From: a virus
Lineage: Duplodnaviria > Heunggongvirae > Uroviricota > Caudoviricetes
IMG/VR virus record: IMGVR_UViG_3300012007_000008
Span: 1-64,000 of that record
Strand: one strand, 5' to 3'
Length of the DNA stretch: 64,000 nt
The notes under the pieces are model-generated. The model saw only the letters and a program-made list of their open reading frames with translations. It did no database searches and was not told the origin of the DNA. This document shows positions 39,728-48,805 of the stretch, one piece after another. Each line of letters starts with the position of its first letter. Positions within the stretch are counted from its first letter, which is position 1. The position numbers were made by a program, and so were the translations under genes.

Positions 39728-39761
39728 TTACAATAAAATAAGTATTTAATATGGAGGAGTT

Positions 39762-39953
39762 ATGGTTAATAAAGAAATTGACAACAGATTTAAATTGAGA
39801 AAATGTGTCTGTGGCGGGACCGTAACACTTTGGGGAGGTATCCCATCATATCAGGGATATAAAATATTTTGTGAGAAATGTGGTGGGAAATGGGAATTCC
39901 CCAATATTTATTCCCCAGTAGAAGTAGCTGAAAGATGGGGAATAGAAAACTGA
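39762..39953 (+). CDS. Lar-like zinc ribbon
   Basis: CVCGG...CEKCGG...VAERWGIEN. Confidence 0.4.
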   Translation: MVNKEIDNRFKLRKCVCGGTVTLWGGIPSYQGYKIFCEKCGGKWEFPNIYSPVEVAERWGIEN

Positions 39954-40101
39954 TTTCATGCCCTCCGGGCTTGCGGACTGTCGGTGAAAGCTCGCTTTTG
40001 CGGAAGAATGAGAAAGGCTTTATTTAAGGAGGTATATGAGAACAATTTATATCGCAGATGACGGAACTCAATTCGATGTCAAGTATAAAGGTAGGTAAAC
40101 A

Positions 40102-40434
40102 ATGACAAATTGCCCAAACTGCGGAGCGCCGATTGAGCCGTATAAATGTAAGTGCGAATATTGCGGCACTTGGTATTTCGACTTTACGGCTTTTGATATG
40201 AGCGATAATAAGCCGTATTACGTTAAGTTCAGGAGTCCGTATGGAATAATAACAACATTGGCGCGACCCGAACTACAGACTATCGAAGTAAATAGCGATT
40301 ATGTTGATTGTTGCGATTCTGTGGGAAACGTAATCACTAGATTTGCGACGAATAGAACTTGCGATCTTGAGGTGGTTTTTCACGCGCAGCCTAATCCTGA
40401 AACCAAGGAATTGTATAGATTGGAGGTACAGTGA
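40102..40434 (+). CDS. zinc-ribbon protein
   Basis: CPNCG...CKCEYCG. Confidence 0.4.
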   Translation: MTNCPNCGAPIEPYKCKCEYCGTWYFDFTAFDMSDNKPYYVKFRSPYGIITTLARPELQTIEVNSDYVDCCDSVGNVITRFATNRTCDLEVVFHAQPNPETKELYRLEVQ

Positions 40435-40586
40435 TGACTAAACAAGAATTAGTAGACATGTTAGTAAGCATAGATCCTCTGCTCGTAACAGATGAGCTTG
40501 AAAAGCTAGGGATCTATCCTTGGGAACGTGATTTTATTTTTGTTTGGAAAGATATTCAAGAACTATATAAAACGTTACAAGAATAA
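40434..40586 (+). CDS. small ORF (50 aa), TGATG overlap
   Basis: below ORF-track threshold. Confidence 0.25.
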   Translation: MTKQELVDMLVSIDPLLVTDELEKLGIYPWERDFIFVWKDIQELYKTLQE

Positions 40587-40606
40587 AATTAAGGATGTGT
40601 TAGATA

Positions 40607-40918
40607 ATGAACCAAGACAGCATAGCTTTTCTGAAGTTAATGAATAGAGACTCTGGTCGCGTTTCTATTGATGAAGACAAAGTTCGTCTAGCGAGAGAAA
40701 TGAGGAATAGACAAATGGGCGGGAAAGAAAAGAATCCGAAACAGGTATTGATCGATTGGGTAAAGAATGTGAATTATGCAGCTACTTGTGGGAAAAATGC
40801 TCTTCACGCTAATAATGGATTATCAAAGGAAAAGAAATTCGATGTTGCTTCTGGTCAATTTGAAAGGATCCTTGGTCAGTGCGAAGCGATGATGACGGTA
40901 CTGGATAATTCGGATTAA
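40607..40918 (+). CDS. hypothetical protein
   Basis: 103-aa ORF. Confidence 0.4.
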   Translation: MNQDSIAFLKLMNRDSGRVSIDEDKVRLAREMRNRQMGGKEKNPKQVLIDWVKNVNYAATCGKNALHANNGLSKEKKFDVASGQFERILGQCEAMMTVLDNSD

Positions 40919-40970
40919 GTTTTTTACAGTTGGAATAGATTGAGGTATACCTGAAGAAAGGAAAGACTTT

Positions 40971-41243
40971 ATGAGCGTAATAATTCGCGGTGTGGATATA
41001 CCAGAAACTTGCTACGAATGCCCTTGTTGGTGGGAGGATGGTGAGTGTTGGGCTACCTCTTATTGTCAGGCTGGAAGTGAATATGTGGAAAATCCGATGG
41101 ATGATAATGAGCAAACCAAGCGCCCGGATGATTGTCCTATTCTTGATTTCGATGAGGTCATGATGAAACATTATAAACAAGGTAGGCTCGATGAAACTGC
41201 CGAAAGAGAAGGTCGGCTAATGCAGTCGTTTAGCCCAGATTGA
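40971..41243 (+). CDS. Cys-rich protein, paralog of 41254
   Basis: shared V.I.G..MP..C.EC...CPL.D...IDFD pattern. Confidence 0.45.
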   Translation: MSVIIRGVDIPETCYECPCWWEDGECWATSYCQAGSEYVENPMDDNEQTKRPDDCPILDFDEVMMKHYKQGRLDETAEREGRLMQSFSPD

Positions 41244-41253
41244 GAGGAATTGT

Positions 41254-41517
41254 ATGGGAGTGTACATCAAAGGCATGAAGATGCCGGATCATTGTTGGGA
41301 ATGCTGGCTGATGCGGAACATGATATGTGGTGCGAGTGGTGAGTTGATTCCGTCATCAGGGAAGCGGAAGTATTGTCCTCTTGTCGATCTTGGAAAGCAT
41401 GGAGGGCTGATCGATTTTGATGCTCTGATAGAAAAATATTGGGATGGAAACAGCATGACGATAACAGCGAGGGATTTAAAAGATATCAAGGCAGTAATCG
41501 AAGCGGAGGGAAAGTGA
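41254..41517 (+). CDS. Cys-rich protein, paralog of 40971
   Basis: see the 40971 gene. Confidence 0.45.
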   Translation: MGVYIKGMKMPDHCWECWLMRNMICGASGELIPSSGKRKYCPLVDLGKHGGLIDFDALIEKYWDGNSMTITARDLKDIKAVIEAEGK

Positions 41518-41681
41518 TGAACAAAGTATACGATGTTTTCGCTGACGAATACATAGATGTGGAAGAGATAGATCCGATTGCGCCGCCAGAACGATACAAG
41601 GAAATTACACCTGATCTTCTCATCAAGAACGCTACACGATGGTTGCGCGAAGGATTGAAAGAAGCGGAGGACGGAACATGA
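41517..41681 (+). CDS. small acidic protein (54 aa)
   Basis: ATGA overlap. Confidence 0.3.
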   Translation: MNKVYDVFADEYIDVEEIDPIAPPERYKEITPDLLIKNATRWLREGLKEAEDGT

Positions 41682-41771
41682 CAATAGATGATTATAACAA
41701 GGCAAGAGATTTGGTGATCGAAATAGAAAGAATATTAAGTATCTCAGCTATGTAAGCGTGATGGATGGATA

Positions 41772-41960
41772 ATGCAGACGATGGACGAAAGCGAAGGAGG
41801 ACGAGTGATGACTATAGAAGAGTGGGAAGAGGAACGTGCCGATTGGTGTTACGAATGCACTGGGTATGGTGATGATTACTATTACGATAAAGAAACTGGA
41901 GAATATGTCAGCGCCTGTGATGGTTGTCCGTGGAATGAAGAGCAAGAAATATATGATTGA
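41772..41960 (+). CDS. small Cys-rich protein
   Basis: CYEC...CDGC. Confidence 0.35.
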   Translation: MQTMDESEGGRVMTIEEWEEERADWCYECTGYGDDYYYDKETGEYVSACDGCPWNEEQEIYD

Positions 41961-41997
41961 TGAGAACTGGAACGACAGTGATATAGGAGGTATAAAT

Positions 41998-42960
41998 ATG
42001 AGAGCAATAACTAAAACACATACGGGAATGATTGTTTCTGACGATGAATTAAAATTAGAATATCTTTATGTCGGAGATTATGGCAAGGAAAACAACATAA
42101 AGGCAGACTTTCTTGGCTACACAAAGAGAATTGAAAAGGTCAAGCATAAGGATGTAGATATAACAGACAAACTTGTTGTAACTGTATCTTCACAAAAAGG
42201 ATGTCCTATGGACTGTGACTTCTGCGATTGTCCCAAGTATGGTTTTCATGGAAATTGTTCAGTCGTCGAGCTTATTTCAGAGATTACAACCGGAATAGCA
42301 TTGTCTGGAATCAAACACGGAAAAAGACTTAATGTACACTTTGCCCGTATGGGAGAACCCACATTTAATTCCGATGTTATAAAGGCTGCCTCCATCATAG
42401 CTACTATGGTGGAGCCGGGGAATACCGTAAGTTTTGATGAATATCACCCGGTAGTATCTACTATGATGCCTAAAAGCAACAGCCATCTTGAAAACTTTTT
42501 GCAAGAATGGGTTAAGTGGGGCAAAACATACGGTGGAGAGGATGGTTTTGGACTTCAGTTCTCTATCAATACTCTCAATGAAACGGACAGAAACCAAATG
42601 TTTAGAAACAGATCTCTTTCCTTATGGGAGATAGCTGACATTATCCAAAGGCTTCCTGCTCCAGGAAAAAGGAAGTATACCCTTAATTTTGCGGTAACAA
42701 GCAAGAGCGACCTAAATCCTGATCTTATGAATCAGTTTTTTGATAAAGAGAAGTGTATTGTTAAGATTACGCCTATCCATGAAACTCATGAGGCTGTAAA
42801 TCAGGGGTATGAAATCATCAAGAATTTTGATGTCTATGAAAAATTTGAAAGACCTCTTGTTGAAGCAGGATGGGAAGTCATCGTGTTTGTACCGTCCGAA
42901 GAGGAAGATAAAGACAGGATTACCTGTGGAAACTCACTGATTGCAAAAGCCTCAAAATAA
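41998..42960 (+). CDS. radical SAM enzyme, substrate unknown
   Basis: SD ATAGGAGG; CPMDCDFC motif; GEPTF. Confidence 0.6.
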   Translation: MRAITKTHTGMIVSDDELKLEYLYVGDYGKENNIKADFLGYTKRIEKVKHKDVDITDKLVVTVSSQKGCPMDCDFCDCPKYGFHGNCSVVELISEITTGIALSGIKHGKRLNVHFARMGEPTFNSDVIKAASIIATMVEPGNTVSFDEYHPVVSTMMPKSNSHLENFLQEWVKWGKTYGGEDGFGLQFSINTLNETDRNQMFRNRSLSLWEIADIIQRLPAPGKRKYTLNFAVTSKSDLNPDLMNQFFDKEKCIVKITPIHETHEAVNQGYEIIKNFDVYEKFERPLVEAGWEVIVFVPSEEEDKDRITCGNSLIAKASK

Positions 42961-43207
42961 CGATGAAAGCCCTTGTCAGAATCATATAGGGAGGAATGAT
43001 ACGACAAACGCTGAAGCAATCGAATACATCAAAAAGAATTGTTATGGAGAATGGTGAGAAGATGATTGGCGAGAAGCTATGGATATGGCTATTAAGGCTC
43101 TGGAATCACCATCACCATGCGACCTGTGCGCATACAATCCGCCATCAAGGTATTGGAAACCGTGTAATTGTTGTCCGGCGGAACCAATGATAGATAATAT
43201 GTAAATT

Positions 43208-43241
43208 AACCGGGTAATTATCACCCGGTTTTATTTTTTTT
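43208..43241 (+). terminator. strong intrinsic terminator
   Basis: AACCGGGT-AATTATC-ACCCGGTT followed by a T-rich run. Confidence 0.65.
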
Positions 43242-43308
43242 AAAGCTTTGAGTAGGCGGATATTCAGAAGTAATAACTGTAAGCGGAAAATCCAGAAAAG
43301 GAGAACAC

Positions 43309-43431
43309 ATGAAAAAATTAGATATTCTGATAATTTCTATTTATGGGGCAATTGTATTTTGTGTCATTAGGAAGATTATTGCAAAGAAGCGGAGAAAGTA
43401 TACTACTGTCCGAAGGAAGATCTTGGTATGA
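43309..43431 (+). CDS. holin-like small membrane protein (40 aa)
   Basis: one TM then basic tail; SD AAAGGAGAAC; upstream of endolysin. Confidence 0.35.
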   Translation: MKKLDILIISIYGAIVFCVIRKIIAKKRRKYTTVRRKILV

Positions 43432-43736
43432 ACGATTACTATGTTAACCCAGATGTTACCGTTAAAATGATGAGAAAAAATAGATTTGTCGAATACGGAG
43501 ACAGATGGGAATATGTTTCAGACTTAATTAACGGATTCGTGTATGTCAGAATCATTATATATAAGGACGATTTAAGCATAATAGATAATGTGATGACGGC
43601 CGGGACGAATAGTTCCTATATCGCGTTTTATAACGAACTGTTTTATAAAAACAATCTTGTCGCTCAGAAGGCAAAGAAAAAATATAATCGGATTTTGTCA
43701 AGACTGGCAAATAACGAAATCCTAATTCATAAATAA
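43428..43736 (+). CDS. hypothetical protein
   Basis: 102-aa ORF, ATGA overlap. Confidence 0.4.
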   Translation: MNDYYVNPDVTVKMMRKNRFVEYGDRWEYVSDLINGFVYVRIIIYKDDLSIIDNVMTAGTNSSYIAFYNELFYKNNLVAQKAKKKYNRILSRLANNEILIHK

Positions 43737-43810
43737 TGGGATTAGTTAACGCTTGGATCTAGAATATGTTATTGCAGGATGATTAATTTTAACAGAGAAA
43801 GGAGTTAAAA

Positions 43811-44584
43811 GTGACAAATGCTGAAAAATTTATATCTACGCTAAAAGAGATGAATAAACTCTTTAAGTAGGATATTGCGAAAGGCCATAAGTGGTGCTAC
43901 ACAAACAAGACATCTCGGAAGGCGAAGACTTTTGATAACGCCCTGAAGTACGGGAAATACTGGTGTAATTGCGTCGATGGCGTTCAATGGGCGCTTAAGA
44001 GATCGGGACTTGCGGAGTCAGATGGTCTCGCCTGGTACGGTTCAGAAGGATCCGGCATGAACTGGATCGGGTCTAACTCTAAGAAGAATGCCGAGAAATA
44101 CCTGAAAGTGAAGAAAATCGGGAACAAGACGGTCGGACAACTAAAGGCTTCCGGCCAACTTCGTCCCGGCGACATCGTAACCTATATGACGTTTAGCCAT
44201 ACAAACGTATTTCTGGGCGGTAATAAATGGTTCGACTCAGGTCACGCCACTTGTACTCAATCAACGGGAGATGGCGTTCCGTATAAAAAATCTGGCTGGA
44301 TCTGTACGAGAAAACTCGACAATTATAGGGTGGGTTACATCCTGAGAGTAAAAGAGACGGTCTCCTATCGCGTTAGAGTTGGAATCTATTCAGTAAGAGA
44401 AAATGCGGACGCTAAGCTCGCAAGTTTGGCGGCGGTAGGGTTAGACGGCTTCCTGGAATCTCAGAAGGATGGGCTTCATGTGTATAGTGGAAAGACTTAC
44501 TCAAAGAAGCCTAACGCTCAGGCTCGAATGAAGGAACTGGCAGATAAGAAGATTGCCGCCGTGATCGAGACTGTGAAGGTATAA
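43811..44584 (+). CDS. endolysin: Cys/His peptidoglycan hydrolase (CHAP/Amidase_5-like) plus C-terminal SPOR domain; one in-frame TAG at 43868
   Basis: SD AAAGGAG, GTG start; GHKWCY...CNCVDGVQWAL, FDSGHATC; SPOR-like YRVRVGIYS...AKLASLAAVGLDGFL...HVYSG. Confidence 0.6.
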
Positions 44585-44635
44585 GATATGAAATTTAGAA
44601 ATTTTAGAAGAAATAGAAAGAAAAGGAGAAAAGTT

Positions 44636-45145
44636 ATGAGTGATACAACTGTTAATAAGAATCTGTCAATTTCCGCTCCGTGGGTCACGTACTATCACCA
44701 GGTCAATGCTCTGTTTGATGAGGACCCGAATGTTTCTGTTGTTTACGATGAGGAGAACAACGTAATCAAGCTTTATGTTGACGGAACCGATAAGGCAGAG
44801 GCTCTTAGTAGACTTCTTCCGACAGAGAAGAACTTTGGCGGAGTATCTGTCAAGGTCGAGATCATTCCGGCAAACAAGACGGAAAGCATAGCCGACACTC
44901 TGGCTGCTGCGTTTGATGGGAATCCGAACTTTGTAGAAGTTGTTGAGGCACATTCTAGCTACGGCGAGCCGACATTCATCTATTGCGCGTTCGCCGCGAA
45001 GGTCGCACAGTACTGGAATGACAATCTCCACGATCTTCATGGAAATACTTCGACTCTTTACGAGGATCTTGCTCGCGAAGTAATCGGAGAAGAAATCGGC
45101 GTGTGTTTCTGTACTGACGAGATCGTGAAGGAAGAGACGGAATAA
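44636..45145 (+). CDS. hypothetical acidic protein
   Basis: 169 aa, SD GAAAAGGAGAAAAG. Confidence 0.45.
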   Translation: MSDTTVNKNLSISAPWVTYYHQVNALFDEDPNVSVVYDEENNVIKLYVDGTDKAEALSRLLPTEKNFGGVSVKVEIIPANKTESIADTLAAAFDGNPNFVEVVEAHSSYGEPTFIYCAFAAKVAQYWNDNLHDLHGNTSTLYEDLAREVIGEEIGVCFCTDEIVKEETE

Positions 45146-45221
45146 TATAAGGTAGACATAACGGCAACTGTTGACTTGTTCAGTAGTTGCCGTTTCTATT
45201 CGAGAGAATTTGGTGGAATAC

Positions 45222-45428
45222 ATGGGAATTTATAAATACTCTCCTGGTGACTATGTGTGGTTTACCGCATGGGATCCGAATGAACATGGGGATGTTAGGA
45301 AAATCGGAAGAGTTGTAGAAGCATATCCGGCGACTGAACGGCCGGGTATTCAGGATTTATACATTGCGTACGAAAGACTGGTTTATACTCGGCAGTCTGA
45401 CGAAGTTGAAAGTATAAGAAAGAAGTAA
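45222..45428 (+). CDS. hypothetical protein
   Basis: 68-aa ORF. Confidence 0.35.
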   Translation: MGIYKYSPGDYVWFTAWDPNEHGDVRKIGRVVEAYPATERPGIQDLYIAYERLVYTRQSDEVESIRKK

Positions 45429-45430
45429 AA

Positions 45431-46156
45431 ATGAAGATTAAAGTTTTGAACGAACAACCTTTGACGCGAGTGAAAAATGTGTATGGATGTACGAATTTCG
45501 GTGGGTTAGAAATCGTTGGGAAGAAAATGTATACGATTAAAACCAAATCAGACAATCAACTTTCCGTTATTTCTGTGTATCCAGATTACACAAAGCCTGA
45601 AAGAACAAATCATAAGTATGCCTGTTGCATGTGGCATGGCAATGACCTCGCATACAATAACGGCCTTCTGTATGTTGCCCCGTGTGACAAATTTGTTGAG
45701 GTAGTGAACACTGGAGATTGGTCGCATCAGAGACTTGATTGTAATATTTTCATTTCCGCAATCGCCCATGTTTCTGGAAATCAGTTTGTAGGGTTGTCGC
45801 AGAATTACGGTGACTCACTTGGGCTTGCGGTATTGGAACATCGTGGCTACCGGATGGAAGTGCTGAGTGAATGGAATTTGAGAAATCCAAAATCTAAAGA
45901 TGGCTATCTGGTTACTCAAGGGATTGGGTTTAAGAAGAATAACAACTCAATCTTTCTTGTTATTTCAAAAAATGATTTTCATAGAAATATTCTACTGAGA
46001 TGCAAGATCGGCGACCAAGAACCCGATTATTGTTTCAGATCTAAGAAATCAACTGGGCGTTACGAGTTTGAGGGAATTAGTTTTACGAAGTCGGGACAGA
46101 AAGTCATTGGTAGTAACTTGCCGAACGGACAGGACAAAATTTTTATTGCCGCATAA
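45431..46156 (+). CDS. hypothetical protein
   Basis: 241-aa ORF. Confidence 0.45.
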   Translation: MKIKVLNEQPLTRVKNVYGCTNFGGLEIVGKKMYTIKTKSDNQLSVISVYPDYTKPERTNHKYACCMWHGNDLAYNNGLLYVAPCDKFVEVVNTGDWSHQRLDCNIFISAIAHVSGNQFVGLSQNYGDSLGLAVLEHRGYRMEVLSEWNLRNPKSKDGYLVTQGIGFKKNNNSIFLVISKNDFHRNILLRCKIGDQEPDYCFRSKKSTGRYEFEGISFTKSGQKVIGSNLPNGQDKIFIAA

Positions 46157-46286
46157 TGAACGAATTTTTTGGACTTAAGTCATTGAGAAATTCTGAAGAG
46201 AATAAAGGAGGACATAATCTCTGCGATTGGGGAGACGGGCTGCTCCGATCTCCTTACTCGCCATTTGTAAAGACCGAGGTAAAAGA

Positions 46287-46823
46287 ATGTTAAAACCAGC
46301 GATATCGTACAAGGAAGAACTTGAAGATTTATTCTCCCAGGAAATATATACAGAGAACTACTTCCTCTACTCAGGATATGCATACTGTCACGAATTGCCG
46401 AAGATTGGGGCGGAAGATAACCATTTTCAGTGGGCGATTGTTAACAGCCAGGAAGAAGTGATTGGCTATATGGCATATCAGGTAGATCCTGGAAGTGATA
46501 CTGTGAAAAACTTTGGACTGTATTCGTTCGATCATAGTAACCCAACAATTGGGAGAGACCTGTTTACAAAAATGGAAGAACTGGTCGCCAGATATCGAAG
46601 AATTGAGTGGGGGATGATCGGCGGGAACCCGGTCAAGAAACACTACGACCGTTTTTGTAAGAAGCATGGTGGGAATTGTGTAAAACTGAATCAAGTGACA
46701 AGAGATGAAGCAGGAAATTACCGTGATGTATATATCTATGAGATTGTGAGGGATTTAGAATGTCAGATTACAAAGAACCCAGAATCGGTCAGCGTTGTTT
46801 CTTCGCATTTCGCGCAGGAATAA
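46287..46823 (+). CDS. possible GNAT-family acetyltransferase
   Basis: 178 aa; weak acyl-CoA-binding-like block RIEWGMIGGNP. Confidence 0.3.
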   Translation: MLKPAISYKEELEDLFSQEIYTENYFLYSGYAYCHELPKIGAEDNHFQWAIVNSQEEVIGYMAYQVDPGSDTVKNFGLYSFDHSNPTIGRDLFTKMEELVARYRRIEWGMIGGNPVKKHYDRFCKKHGGNCVKLNQVTRDEAGNYRDVYIYEIVRDLECQITKNPESVSVVSSHFAQE

Positions 46824-46933
46824 ATCAGTTTGGAAATATTATAGCCATTGAAGATGATGGAACTCGGATACAGATTCGCGGCGATGACGGAAGAATATAT
46901 GCCGGTTGGACTAAGGACGTGGTTCTACTGTGA
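46760..46933 (+). CDS. small ORF (57 aa) overlapping the end of the 46287 gene
   Basis: MSDYKEPRIGQR...; lies at the left border of the TnpB element. Confidence 0.2.
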   Translation: MSDYKEPRIGQRCFFAFRAGINQFGNIIAIEDDGTRIQIRGDDGRIYAGWTKDVVLL

Positions 46934-47031
46934 GTCTAATTTGTGGAAATACTGGCGCTCCAGTTGGTAAAAACTGTGTTTTGTCCACGCTACAGAAGAA
47001 AAATATTCAATATCCCTGGATAGGTGGTAAT

Positions 47032-48123
47032 ATGAATAAAGGTGTTAAATTTAGAGCGTACCCAAATAAGGATCAACAAAACTTAATAAATCAAACATTC
47101 GGATGTTGTAGATTGATTTATAATAAAGGTCTCGCGATGCGAAACGATGCTTTTGAGAACGGTCAAAAGGTTGGATATACGCAGACATCTTCAATGCTTA
47201 CCGATCTTAAGAAGCAAGATGAATATTCATTCTTGAGAGATGTCGATTCGATTGCTCTGCAACAGTCATTAAGGGATTTGGATCGTGGATTCAAGAATTT
47301 CTTCGAGAAACGGACGAAGCATCCGAGATTTAAGAGCAAACATAATAATAGACAGTCGTATAGGACAATTAACCAAAAGGATAATATACGTATTGTTGGA
47401 AAATATATCAAGTTACCAAAGATAGGATATGTGAAGATTAAACAGTCAATGGATGTTGGACATATCAATAACGTGACTATTGAGAAGACTCCCACTGACA
47501 AATATTATGTAGTTCTGAATGTCGATTTCGAACCAGAGTTTCGTCAGAATGATGGATGTATGATTGGTATAGATGTCGGTATAAAGGAATTCTATTCTGA
47601 CAGTAATGGGAATATTATTGAAAACCCAAAATACCTTGAGAAGTCCTCACGTAAACTCCGCAGGGAACAAAGAAGACTCTCTCGGAAGCAGAAAGGAAGT
47701 AGTAATAGGAATAAACAGCGGATCAGGGTTGCCAGAATGCATGAGAAGATTACAAATCAAAGAAATGATTTTTTACAGAAGCAGACAACTATGCTTGTGC
47801 GTGAAAACCAAACCATCTGCATAGAGGATCTGAACGTAAGAGGGATGCTTCGTAACCATAGGCTTGCGAAGTCAATATCAAGTGCATCTTGGTCGAAATT
47901 TTTTACAATATTGGAGTATAAAGCGATGTGGTACGGAAATGATATAATTAGAGTACCGACCATGTATCCAAGTAGTCAGACTTGTTCTTGTTGTGGATAT
48001 AAAAATCCATTAGTAAAGAATCTGGCAGTCAGAGAATGGGAGTGCCCAAGATGTCATACCATACATGGCAGAGATAAGAACGCTGCGATTAATATTTTGA
48101 ACAAAGGGCTGTCAGTAGCCTAA
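47032..48123 (+). CDS. tnpB: IS200/IS605-family TnpB (OrfB); no TnpA present
   Basis: RuvC-I IGIDVGIKEF, RuvC-II ICIEDLNV, zinc finger CSCCGY...CPRCH, RuvC-III RDKNAAINI. Confidence 0.8.
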   Translation: MNKGVKFRAYPNKDQQNLINQTFGCCRLIYNKGLAMRNDAFENGQKVGYTQTSSMLTDLKKQDEYSFLRDVDSIALQQSLRDLDRGFKNFFEKRTKHPRFKSKHNNRQSYRTINQKDNIRIVGKYIKLPKIGYVKIKQSMDVGHINNVTIEKTPTDKYYVVLNVDFEPEFRQNDGCMIGIDVGIKEFYSDSNGNIIENPKYLEKSSRKLRREQRRLSRKQKGSSNRNKQRIRVARMHEKITNQRNDFLQKQTTMLVRENQTICIEDLNVRGMLRNHRLAKSISSASWSKFFTILEYKAMWYGNDIIRVPTMYPSSQTCSCCGYKNPLVKNLAVREWECPRCHTIHGRDKNAAINILNKGLSVA

Positions 48124-48334
48124 GAAACTGATAAATACCGTAGGGCATACGGGAATATACGCTTGTGGAGATCGTGTAAGACTAAATCCTTGTGATGATG
48201 CAGTGGTCGTTGAAGCAAGAATCCCATGACTAAAGTTGTGTGGAGTGTCAACCTAATGGTGAATGGAAAAAGTCTGGAAGAACAGATTCCGTCTCATGGC
48301 AAGTGTGGCTTTCGGAGCAATATGATGCTGAGGA
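48124..48334 (+). ncRNA. putative omegaRNA/right-end region of the TnpB element
   Basis: ~210 nt non-coding directly 3' of tnpB; hairpin CCGTA-GGGCA-TACGG at 48141. Confidence 0.35.
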
Positions 48335-48349
48335 TTGGAGAGAAGAGGA

Positions 48350-48796
48350 ATGAAAATTTTATTCACTGATGTGGATGGTGTTCTAAACGATGAAGCAACG
48401 ACAGCCAAAAGTCCGTGCGGTTATACCGGAATCATGGATTCTAAGGTTAAGCTACTGAAAAAGATAATTGATGTAACTGGAGCAAAGATAGTTCTTAGTT
48501 CTGACTGGCGTTTGTGTGATGAGGACGACCCTGATTATAAGTACCTCCTAAATAAACTCCGGTATAAGGGTGGAATTGGTATCTATGATAAAACGCCGGA
48601 TCTCAGTTGGCAAAGACGTGGATTGGAAATTGAAACATGGTTGAAATGTCATCCTGAAGTCGAAGCATGGGTTGTGTTGGATGACATTGATTTTAGTGAT
48701 TTTAATGAAATAACGGATCATGTTGTGTTGACGGATGGATATTACGGGCTTCAGGAGGCCGATGTTGAGAAGGCGATTGAAATATTGAAAGGATGA
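48350..48796 (+). CDS. HAD-superfamily phosphatase
   Basis: motif I FTDVDGVLN; motif III/IV region VVLDDIDFSD. Confidence 0.55.
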   Translation: MKILFTDVDGVLNDEATTAKSPCGYTGIMDSKVKLLKKIIDVTGAKIVLSSDWRLCDEDDPDYKYLLNKLRYKGGIGIYDKTPDLSWQRRGLEIETWLKCHPEVEAWVVLDDIDFSDFNEITDHVVLTDGYYGLQEADVEKAIEILKG

Positions 48797-48805
48797 AGAA
48801 TAGTT

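Noticed and set aside
39516-39761. Calling a complete tRNA, suppressor or otherwise
   Set aside because: Only the T-arm and 3' acceptor strand are canonical. No D-arm, anticodon stem or matching 5' acceptor within tRNA distance. Reported as a fragment instead.
42996-43190. 64-aa ORF from the track
   Set aside because: It is low-complexity (WIWLLRLWNHHHH), and an alternative frame looks more protein-like. Kept only as a note.
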